64,000 nucleotides of DNA, from positions 16,926,001 to 16,990,000 of the forward strand of contig JBHGNT010000006.1 in NCBI GenBank assembly GCA_043228905.1, written 5' to 3'. Source of the DNA: Azolla caroliniana. Taxonomy: Eukaryota > Plantae > Polypodiophyta. The position numbers and the translations under genes were made by a program. Position 1 is the stretch's first letter, and the number at the start of each line of letters is the position of its first letter. The notes under the pieces were generated by a model, which had not been told where the DNA came from, made no database searches, and was given only the letters and a program-made list of their open reading frames with translations. Below are positions 43,727-55,016 of this stretch, in pieces.

Positions 43727-46700
43727 ATGGAGAGCACAATGCATCATGGTGTCTTCGCCATGTCGGAAGATGAATTGGAGGATACGTCATGGTCATCCAA
43801 TGCATCCGAGGACAAATTGGAGGATCCTTTTGAGTCATCAGATTCCGATCGTGAGGATGAGGCGGTCGATCCCTTCATGTATTGTTCCCCCAGGTATTTT
43901 GCATTTTCAAGAGGTACGTATAATTTGATGATTAAAGATTTATTGGGACAAGTTAAGGTAACATTGGAAGCATTACGTGATGTTGCGAGGGGAGCACCTC
44001 TTTCACTTCATGCATGGAGGCGCATGAAGAGTCGTCTCATTCTCAGGAATGAGAGTGCAATTTACCTTAAAGCATCACCTAATCTTCAAGTCTTATACGT
44101 CGAGAAATGGAGGGAAGTAGTATTAGCGTCACATGGTGACACATCCCATCACACGTTTTCAAAGACTCTTAAAGAGTTAAAGCTAGTTTATGCGACTGAT
44201 GTACGTGATTATGGCATCCCACCGGAGTACGTGAAAGCACTCATTACAAGTTGTGGTTGCCAAACGGTATCGAAGGTCGACTCGATAGGAGGTTTGGGAT
44301 CAAGCATGGCCAAATATAACAAGACCCTACCCATAGAAGTGATCAAGGTAGAAACCCACCAATTAGATGATGCGCTCACGGATTTGCAAACCAAGTACCA
44401 CACACGTTTAAGGAAAGGAGTCAAGAAGGGTATGTGTGTGACTAGGTATAGTTGCCATTGTGCTGGGACATCTCGACTTGCGTCTAATTCCACTCGACGA
44501 CGCAGGTGCACACCCCGATGTGGGTGCATATTCCATGTGGACGTTAGAATCAATGATGATGTTGACATTGAGACACTTACCATTTCAATATATGGACCTC
44601 ATAGTGGTCATGTACCATGTAGTAGGTCGGATGTGTACCATTTGCCAGTACACCCCAATGTCATAAGTTGTTGCAAAGATGACCTATTTGATGTTGGGTG
44701 TGCAAGGCATGTGGCACGAATGAGCATGCGTAAGGAAGCATATCATAAGTCCAAGGCTAGTCCATTAGAGCTTGTTACCTATCGGTTCTTTATGATACCA
44801 AAGGAGGTCCATAACATGGCAAATAGGTTAAAAATCGGGAGTGTCATGACTAAGGTTGATTGGGCTTTGATGATGCAAGATGCCTATGCACTCCGAGATT
44901 GTTACCGGCCGGCAAGGAGTCCAAAATACGGAATTAATTAGATGGTTGTAAATGAGCATAGTGTGGACGGACGGACTGGAAACGGTATGCCGTTCCAGAT
45001 CCGGACGGATCCCGAATAGGTTTCCGGCCCGTACCGTCCGTCCACACTATGCTCATTTACAACCATCTAATTAATTCCGTATTTTGGACTCCTTGCCGGC
45101 CGGTAACAGAGATCTTGGGAAAGTGGCTCATGTTCAACCCTACTTGACTGGTGAACCAGGATCTCCCCCCATACAACCATTTATCTTGATACTTCAAGAT
45201 CAATGGATGTTGGAAATGTGTAAGCGGTTGACCCTAAACAACTCTTGGGCAATCGACTCGACATTTAAAACAAACCAATTCAGGCTACCATTATATGCAG
45301 CAGTTGCCCCCAACACCATGGGAATTGGGATCCCAGTATGGTACATGCTTTGTAGTTCTGATAAGGGGTCAAACCATGAGCAAGTGGCATTAGAAACTTG
45401 TTTGAGAGTCATATTCGCAAGGATGCCCATGGTGAGGCCAAATGCGATAGTGATCGATAAATGTTGGACATCATATAATGCCATAACTAATGTGGTTGCA
45501 ATAGACCGTCAATCTTGGATTGTTGTAAATGGGCAACGGTCCCAAACACATTGTCGACTTTTGTTGTGTCAATTTCACGCCAAAAAGTCATGGGTGGACA
45601 ACTTGTTGCCAAAAGTAAGTGCAAATGAGAGAATCCATCTTTATCAACGAATGTGCCAACTGATGCAATGCATTACTGAATCATCATTCAATGCAATGTG
45701 TGAGGAGTTAAAGTTAGAATATGTGGACAAGCCCGATGTTTGGCAATATATAGAAGGAGGATGGTGTGGCTTGACATGTGTGTGGAGGAAACTCTGGCCC
45801 AAGTTTGGTAGAATGTTCAACTATGGACACGTTGACACTACCAATATTGTGGAAAGACATTGGCAGTTTATCAAGTATACTGCCTTGAGGGGAAGAATAA
45901 ACCGATCAATTACCGACCTTCTGCATGTCTTAATCGGGGACAGTGAAACTGGCACTTGCATAGGAGGAACGGTAATAGAGTGGTACAAGCAACGACAAGA
46001 AATATGTGAGAGTGGTCGGTTTGCACCCCGTGCGAATTGTAGGGATCAAAGGTCCCGACTTAAAGAAGCGGAGAGAATATTGGAAAGGTATGTCGACAAT
46101 ACTTCCACAATTGAAATTGTCAACGAGGCCCAATATTGGTTTAGAATCTTGAGCATGACGACTCCCACTCTATGGTATAATGTCTCACTCCAATGCTCAT
46201 ATTGTGATTGCCAAGACATTGTGAGTAAATGTAAACATTTACTAGGTATCCGAATGATTATTGAGAGGCATATGCCACATTTATGTGGCTCATTGCCTTT
46301 TATAGATCACGCGACCCAAATGCGAATGGACCATAATACAGAAATAGAAGTGGAGGCAGAGGTAGAGCAAGTAGAGGAGACAAACCCCACAATATCCGAG
46401 ATTGAATCATTCAAGTCCAAAATACAAACGGTCGTGAAAGCACTTCAATGTCTCGAGCAAGGGTTAGGAACCTTCGACCATGCAACTATTGTCGAAGGTA
46501 TACAAACATTGGAAGATGTGGCTGAGAAGGTGTATCGCGTTGGTGCACCAAAATCAACCAATGAAGAAGATGGTAGATCAATAAGTCGCAACCAACAAAT
46601 CGGTGCCAAAAGAAGTGCAACAATAGACATCTCGCAAGAACTTATTGGCAGCTCCCCAAACACTTCCAAATCCCACTCCGGAAAACTACAAAGAGGTGCT

Positions 46701-46850
46701 AGTCGGGCTAGGAGGAGATTGCCATTGGTTGACCATGAGAAGGTTCGGTGTTTGTGTTGTGATGGCTTGACCTTGACTTCAAGGGACTCAAATGTTACAT
46801 GCTGTAAAAATTGTGGTTGCATCTTGCAATCATCCCGACATGAGCCATAA
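43727..46850 (+). pseudogene. MULE transposase (FAR1/WRKY-like DNA-binding region, DDE core, SWIM finger), disrupted by the 209-bp hairpin insertion
   Basis: IDSTFKTN, IVIDK, CQFH, TTNIVE, CDC..CKH. Removing 44900-45113 (insert plus one TSD) joins ORFs 43676-44941 and 45084-46850 in frame (..YALRD/LGKV..), giving ~969 aa. Confidence 0.88.
44900..45108. mobile_element. 209-bp fold-back (MITE-like) element with LTR-like termini
   Basis: Perfect 75-bp inverted arms (44900-44974 / 45034-45108); TGTT...AACA ends; 5-bp TSD GAGAT. Confidence 0.92.
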
Positions 46851-47029
46851 TATTAATATGTAACGTGTATATTCATATTTCATTTTAGGGTTGTCAACAT
46901 TTGACATTTTAATATTTTATGTAAGACTTGTTATTTGAATCTTTAGGTTTTGTTGAGAAATTTTATGATCAGTTTCATGGCAAATATTTGTTGTACACTT
47001 ACAATTTTGTGGAGTTTTTGATGTTTGTT

Positions 47030-47215
47030 GCTACAGAGTTGGGCTCCTTTTGTCAGAGTCGGGCTCCTTCTTACTGATGTGGTCTGACAGTGGGGCTCCT
47101 TCTGACAGAGTCGGGCTCCCTCTTGTAGAGGCTGTCTGACAGCGGGGCTCCTTTTGACAGAGTCGGGCTCCCTTTCACAGAGTCGGGCTCCTTTTCACAG
47201 AGTCGGGCTCCTTGT
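47030..47215. repeat. Right subterminal repeats (CAGAGTCGGGCTCC)
   Basis: About eight tandem/degenerate copies just inside the right TIR. Confidence 0.85.
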
Positions 47216-47469
47216 GACAGACGTTGTCAGCTTTTTATCCATCTTGGACGGTGGAGATCGAACGCGCCAACAACGGTGCGACCTGCACCGTCCCTCTCCG
47301 CGATTCCCTCACTTGCCCTCTTTAATATTTGGTAGCAGTTAGTCACGAGCCATGACATGACATGACATGACATGACATGACATAACATAACATGAGATGA
47401 CATAACATAACATGAGATGACATAACATTGATATGGGCATACACATAGTGATGCGTCATATGGATATGT

Positions 47470-47502
<33 letters not shown>

Positions 47503-47707
47503 AAACATACTAGTATGTACTATGTACATACATATACATATGTATGTATGTAATGTAATGTTGGCGATGGAATCCCAAGTGAATCCCACGAAATGGATGG
47601 AAATGGAAGGATAGAGAGAAAGAGATATTTTCTCAATAACTGATGCAAAGAAGCAGAAGAAGCAGCCATCGCCAAAGATTCTCTCTCTCTCTCTCTCTGT
47701 GCTTTCG

Positions 47708-50700
47708 ATGCTCGCCTTCGCAGGAGCTTCCCATCCATCTCGCATCCTCCCCCACCATCGCCGCTTCAACCAGCTCAACCTTACTCGCATCAATGCTGAT
47801 TTCCTCACCTCTGACGCAGACGACGATCTTGTGGAAGATGATGATGATGTGGAAGATCTTGAGCTTGTGAGTTCTCTTTCATGGATTTTCCTTGATTCCT
47901 CTTCTTCTTTCTCTGTTTAGTCTGTTTGATGAGTTTGTTTAGAGACATTGGTATGCATGAAAGTCTTCTACATGTTTTCTGTCTGAAGGCTACGTTTTCT
48001 ATGATGCAGAAGTTTTTGACCACATGATTTATTCATTATTTTCTTCTTGCTTCCCATGTTCCTTTTGTTTGGCAGCCACATGTTTTTAATTTTGTGTAGA
48101 ATTATCTAGCTATGGGATACATGTAATCATTTGAAGCTTTTTAGCCATCGTTCTGTGGCTGAATCCATGGGATCTTCTTTTTCCACTGTTTCTCTTGTTT
48201 AGTGTCTACATGGTCCGTTCCATAATCATAGTGTAAACTTAGTTACGTATGGCATACATGATATTGCCCTGTGGTTTCATTTTGGTTTTGCTGACAATGA
48301 TGAGGTAGGAAGTGTCTTCTTCTTTTTCTTCTTCTTCATTAAACTGGAAATTATTGATTTCCCGTTTCCCCATTTTCGAATAAATTGGATTCGTTCTTGC
48401 TTTCTCCATTTTGATGCATACAAGTGAAACTTTTTGATATTCTTTTTCACTTTGTGAAGATTGCATTTTTTATGGTGTTAACCTGAAAAGGATTCATGCT
48501 TCATTTCTCTATTTTGGAACAAACTTAAAAATGATTTATGGTTCGTTTCTTCATTTATGTGTAAAATTGGTTATTTATAGCCTACAGTATACATAAAATT
48601 TTGCTAAATGGTTTTAGTCATTGTTTTCTGGCCGAACCTCGCCTTATTGATGAGAAATGTTATGGTAAGTATTGCTTGGCTTCTTCTTCTTCCACCTTGT
48701 TTTTGTTTAGCCTCTATATGGTCCATTTGTCAATTTTGGTGTAAAAAGAAGGGAGGGTTTCACAGGCCCTCGATCGGCATCCACATGGTAGCTAACTATG
48801 ATATATGTGGAAGTTAGAAATTTTGATTTGAAATGAAGAGGAGGTTGCAGATGCAGCTAGAAAATTATGCAGTTTTATAGAAGTTATTTCCTAGTTGAAG
48901 CCTACCTTGTTTCCACTGTCTAGAGCAGTGTTGTCACTATTTCTCCATTTTGTTATGTCAAAAAGTGGGGACCATTTGCTGGCCATTGATCTGCATTGAT
49001 ACCATAGTCAGATATTTGATCAGGGAATATGCAAAGTTTTGAGCCATTGTTCTCCTCCTGAAACCGGCCTTGTTTGCAATGGCTAAAAAGATGGTTTGCA
49101 GTGTTTCTCGATTTTGCATGTCACAGCCTTCTGTGTATAAAAAGAGGACTTATAAGCTTGTCATCTGGATCCATGTTGTAGCTAGCTGTGCATGGTATGC
49201 ACAAAATTCAGGAAGCTTGTAGACATATTTATTTTCTGAAGCCAGTTTGTTTCCGATGTTTAGAGCATGTCTATGTGGGAATTAGATAGATGCAATGGTC
49301 CAGAAATGAAGCGAAGTAGCCCCCCAATCTACTCTTTAACTCATTTGAGTTAGAATTACGGCATCTTATGCAAAGCTGATTTACTTGGATGTACAGCTAA
49401 GCATCTGCAATGGCCATGAAACAGATTTGTACAACGTTTTGCAAATTAGGGTTGATTGGCCAGTCTTAGGAATAGTTTCTAAAGGAGTTTCTGCGGATTT
49501 GAAAGAATACTATGTATATGCACGAATACAGAAGGGAACATCCACTTAATCATAGCAGATCACTTCCATGTCAGTGTTCGCAACAAGATATAAGTCCAAT
49601 ATGTACAAATTTTACATCTTATTTTCCAGCTGACTGTAGCTTTGTTAATTGTTTCTAGAGCAGTGTTCAGAGCTTAAGTTGATACTATGAACACATAAGT
49701 AAAGCCAGATGGTTCCCTTCCTCTACTTCTCTCTCTATTTATGTTTCAGGTTTTACTGTTTATTTTCTTCAGCTTGATGACTATGAAGATGGATATTTTA
49801 AGAAAGGACGAAGACAACTTCTTCGGCCTAATGGTATGAGACAACCTTCTACCAAACTAGAACTTTCTGCATCCAAGAAGTCCACAAATTTGTGTACTTC
49901 AAATCCTGTGTTAAACAAACGAGTGAAGGTGATTGCTAAAAGGCCAGAGCCCAAGAACGTAAAACCAAGCACACAAATTCAGAAGAGACCTCTAAAGCCT
50001 GTCCTACACACTGGTGATTATGATTTTGGTCCTAATCAGCTATTAAGGCTCTCGGGATCAACATGGGAGGAGCGTGCATATGAGTTCATCAGGAGAAAGA
50101 AGTTAAAAGAGAGTTTAGGTTCAACTCAGCTGACAAATCAAGCGCCAAAAGTGGAAGAATCTGCTGCCTCCACTCAGGTGAGCCCCATGTACATCATTTT
50201 CTCTGAAAGGTAAAAAGTACCTGAGTACGTCTGCTACATATGCAGCCAGATGGTTATTATATTTTGTGCATATTTTAATCGATATGAATGATGGTTTCTT
50301 TTTGTCTAATGCATTATGTGATATTCTTGATGGATGCATAATCAGATAACATTTAAAAGCTGTCTGTTCATTTCAGTCGAGCTGCTTGGTTGTTAAGGAC
50401 AACACAAACTTCAGAATGTTGACAGAGCTTGAGCTAGAGAGGAAATGCCAGCCTGTTGTTGAGTATTTGATCTCATTGGGTCTTGATGAGGGCCATCTAC
50501 ATAAGATAGCCCGAAGACGTAAAGCCTGCTTCTATGTGAAGTTCAGTAAGGTGAAAGAGAGGCTTGAGTACTTGCTGAGTATAGGTGTAAAGGGTGAAGA
50601 TCTAAGAAAAGTTATATCCAGGCATCCTCAAGTACTGGAATACACTATTGAACGCATGATGAAGCCACGAATTCAGTATTTGCAAAGCATTGGGGTGCCA

Positions 50701-51510
50701 GAAACAAGGATGGGTAGGGTCATCACAGTTTCTCCTTCATTACTCGAATGCAGTTTGGAAGGATCTCTTAAGAGGAGAGTAAGATTCTTAGTGGAAGAGG
50801 TCGGTGTAAGCAAAGATGATGTTTGGAAAATCATATTGCTGAGTCCACAGGTTTTAACTCAGAGTATTGAGGGTGCTTTGCGACCCCGAATGGATTTTCT
50901 ATTGAAGAAGCTTGGGATTAGTCATGAAAGGGTGGCAAAAATGATAACCAAGCATCCACAGCTTCTCCACTATAGCATAACCAATGGAATTCAGCCACGA
51001 ATTGATTTTCTAACAAGCATAGGAATGAGTGACCCTGACATTGCCACGATACTTTGCCGATCTTCACAGGTAAGGAGTGATATTACACGAGTCACTTTAT
51101 GAGCATACAGAACATGTGTAGCACATGCTTGGTATCATAGTTTTAATGTTGGACAATTTCTGTTGTCAATGCAGATCCTCTCTCTCAGTGTGGATAAGTC
51201 ATTGCGGCCAAAGTGTGACTATTTAACAAAAGAACTCAAATGTGGCTTGCAAACTCTAACAAGTTTTCCAGCATATTTGAGCCTTTCACTCGAAAAACGA
51301 ATTCGACCAAGGCACAAATTTCTTGAATCACTGAATAGACTTCCTACAGGTCCATTCCCTATGCATCTTCTTGCCATAACTGATGAGGAATTTTGTGAAC
51401 GGTGGGCCAAGTTGACAGTAGAGGAGTATCACATGTTTCGGCAGTCTTTATTACTGACAACTTTCGCAAAGCAATTTGAAAAGAGGCACAGGTGGAATTA
51501 TGATCAATAA
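47708..51510 (+). CDS. mTERF family protein (organellar transcription termination factor-like), ~530 aa; exons 47708-47866, 49773-50177, 50377-51069, 51175-51510
   Basis: Tandem mTERF repeats (YL.SIGV...I.RHPQVL.Y.IE..MKPRI.YL; FPAYLSLSLEKRIRPRH). All three GT-AG introns are phase 0 and keep the frame open. Confidence 0.88.
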
Positions 51511-52253
51511 CAGTGACGGGCATTTCGAATAATTTGGACTAGGTTCTTTTGCCATTCCATGTGCCGGGAATAGTTCGAGGTTTTCCTGTTATATACTTGT
51601 ATCATGATCATACAGGCCTAATTGGTCAATATACATGTATTCTTCCATCTTTTAGTTTATGCAAATTGTCTCAAATTGAGTAGCTTTAATTCAACATTCG
51701 AAGGCTTGCGAGGCAGAGAGGTGTTCTTGGTACATCCAAATTACATATAATTTTGTTTATAATTTGGCTGGCTTAATATCTCCCTGGGCTCCTTGCTTCT
51801 GCAACATTGAAAACTGGAGGCTAACAGGATGCACGTAGGTGATCTTTGGAGAAAGTAATTCAAGAGTAGTGTTTAGCAACATAATATGTTAGGTGTAACA
51901 TAACATAATATAAAGTAATCAATGTGTAAAAGAAGGCATACACAAATGAGAATGAGGAAAAGCATTCACAGCAACGAAAACTACCATGCTATATCTCAAG
52001 TGCATGTCTAGACATCCTTAGGTGACATCTTGCAACAATGTGTATCTCTAGTGAATGGATAGACATACTTATGTGACATCTTGGTGTTGTACTATGGCTC
52101 ATGTGCATGTATGTGGACCATTGGGCGGAAAGTTGTCTGAACCTAGGCCCCTTAGGTGGTAAATGATGGTCGATTGTCGTTTTGACCACGTAACTCTAGC
52201 AAATGGAAAGGCCATACAACTCATGATCACACATCACCAATAAATGAGTAACA

Positions 52254-54130
52254 TTGTTTGCTCGGATGGGAAATGATGGTACATGCCGAATTATCGGCAT
52301 AGAAGATGTGTTGTTGACGACACCAACCGGATGCAAGTTGTTGTTGAAGGATGTTCGACATGTTTCGGAGGTTCGACTAAACCTGATATTAGCTGGTCGG
52401 CTAGATGATGAAGGCTACATGAGTAGCATCCGGAACAGAGTTATGAAGTTCACCAAAGGGAGCCTAATAGTGGCACGAGCTCGGAAGGTCAACACACTGT
52501 ATCTGATGCATGCCTGGATATGACAAGAAGAAGTGAACGTAGCATCCGACACTACCAGTGAGTTGTGGCACAAAAGACTGTGTCAAATGAGTGAGAAGGG
52601 GATGAAGAGGCTTGCCGAAGACAATCTCATTTCGGTGAAGGACATGCAACTTGAGAAGTGCACCGATTGCTTGGTCGGCAAGCAAAACCGAACCTCCTTC
52701 CGATTAAGACCATCGATGAGACAGAATGCACCACTGGAGCTGGTGCATATCGATGTGTGTCAAGTGGACACGAAGTCACATGCCAGATCGCTGTACTTTG
52801 TGACGTTCATAGACGACCACAGCCGGAAGTTGTGGGTCGCACCATTGAAGACAAAGGATCAATTGTTATCTGTCTCCAAGGAGCTCCATGCGAGAGTAAA
52901 AAGAGAAATTTGCTGGAAGTTGAAGGCGGTTCGAGCGGACAACGGAGGAGAATATCGGGGGCAGTTCGAGGAGTATTGCCGGTTGAAGGGAATCCGGCTC
53001 GAGTTTACAGTACAGAAGACGCCGAAACTAAATGGGCTGGCCGAAAGGATGAACCGGACCATAATGGAGAGAGTCCGGAGCATGCTAGCACATGCAAAGT
53101 TACCCAAGATGTTTTGGGCTGAGGCACTGACGACGACGACCTATGTGATAAATAGATCACCCTCAGCACCCTTGGAAGGAGATTCGCCTCAGAAAGTATG
53201 GACAGGTAAAGATGTATCTTATTGGCATCTGAAGGTATTCGGGTGTGGGATCTGGTCGACAAGAAGGTGTTCCGGAGTTGGGACATAGTCTTCATGGAAG
53301 ACAGGACCATTGTCGATTGGGAGTCGGAGAAGAAGGTGATGAACTCCAGATCATCCAATGAAAACCGGTTTGAGGACACAAGGAGGACCTACCCGGTTGA
53401 AAATCGGATGTTGGTCGGCAACCGGAGGACACTCGATGAACTGGCCGGATACGGACAAGAAACCGAACCGACCGAAGAAGAAGAAGAATACACCGGAACC
53501 GGACAAGATCCAGAATCGGATTCAGATTCGGAACAAACAGAGAAACCGGTAGTCAGAAACTAGGGACGAAGATATCATCTCCGAGAGAGAAGAGCCCTTC
53601 GGAGATTTTCGGATGCAGAGCATGTGTTGCTGACCGATGAGGGGGAACCAGAAAGAGAGACACCCACAACTGCAAGTGGTTGAGTGCCATGCAGGATGAG
53701 ATGGATTCCCTGCATGAGAACCACACATATGAACTGACGGAGTTGCCGAAAGGGAAGAGAGCACTCTGGAACAAGTGGGTGCACAAGGTGAAACAGGGAG
53801 ATGCCGGAAATCCACCAAGATTAGAAAGCCCGGATCGTGGTGAAGGGCTTCCAGCAGAAGAAAGGAGTGGACATCGATGAGATCTTTGCCCTAGTAGTAA
53901 ATATGGCATCCATCCGGACGGTATTGGGCATAGCGGCAAGCATGGACCCCGAGGTAGAGGAATTGGACGTGAAGACGACATTCCTCCATGGTGACCTCGA
54001 AGAGGAGATCTACATGCATCAACTGGAAGGATTTGAGAAGAAAGGGAAGGAGCACCTGGTGTGCCGGTTGCAGAAGAGCTTATATGGATTGAAGTAAGCT
54101 CCCCGACAATGGTATCAGAAGTTCAACCAA
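52254..54130 (+). pseudogene. Decayed Ty1/Copia pol (integrase, partial RT), Tnt1-like
   Basis: LWHKRL, ELVHIDVC, FIDDHSRK, ADNGGEY, NGLAERMNRT; LDVKTTFLHGDLEEEIYM...LQKSLYGLK. Confidence 0.88.
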
Positions 54131-54189
54131 GTGTACCACAAGAACGAGATACAGAGCAATACTATGTTGTAACTGTCTCTTGGCGAAGT

Positions 54190-54540
54190 TACAGAACTCG
54201 AGGTCGTTGCATGGAATCATCTAGCAACTCCTAAGCGCTTGGGGGGAGTTGGAGTATTGAACTTATCTAAGCATATGATGGCTCATAGATTTTCATTATT
54301 ACAAGACATGTGTTCAATCTCACAACCATGGATATCTATTGTTCAATATTTCATTGAGAACAAGGGTTTAACACATGGGAGGACAACAATTAAGGCTTCA
54401 TGGTGGCAATTACTAAATGGATGTATTTCACTTAGGATTCCAGGCTCTACATGTGTTCAACACTTGGTTACCTCATGGCAAGAAGCACTCTTGTTATGTG
54501 TATAGAAACCATCATCTAGTAGAGAGCATTGTAATTCTTT
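54190..54540 (+). pseudogene. Short L1-type LINE ORF2 fragment
   Basis: AWNHLATPKRLGGVGVLNL resembles the plant L1 'W..L..PK..GGLG' motif. Confidence 0.45.
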
Positions 54541-55016
54541 GCAAAAAGAGTTACTTGTGTCTATAAATATGTTCCTAGTGTGCTTGTTATGACCATATTT
54601 GTAAATAGTCCTAAAATCATATAAGTATAAATATGACTTAGGGCAATCACTTTGAGTGATGTGAGTATAGAGTACATAAAGATATTGTTGTATAGAGACA
54701 AAGGTGGCAGAGAGAGAGAAAGAGAGAGAGAGAGATACAGAAAGGATTTTCTGTTGTAACCGCCTGTTTGGCGAAGATATAGAGCTCAAGGTCATTGCCT
54801 CTGAGTCTCGTGTCTTCACCTTTTCTTAGGGTTCCCATGGTTTTTCCCTATTAGGGTTTTCCACGTTAACATCCTGTGTCCTCTCTGTTGTCAGTGTAAG
54901 TGTACTAATCTCCATTTCTGTTTTGTTCTTCCATTAAGTTTAAGGCTCGGTTGTGGCCGAGCTCTATTCCGCGCAATACATATTCCAATGCAAAGAATCA
55001 TATCTGATTCTTTATA

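Larger units (their letters stand above)
33044..47350 (+). mobile_element. Large Mutator-like (MULE) DNA transposon with TIRs and subterminal repeats
   Basis: TIR cores ~33052-33115 and ~47278-47342 are near-perfect inverted repeats. CATGACATG lies on both flanks (possible 9-bp TSD within (CATGA)n). GGGAGCCC arrays lie inside both ends. Encodes a MULE transposase and a Ulp1-like protease. Confidence 0.85.
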
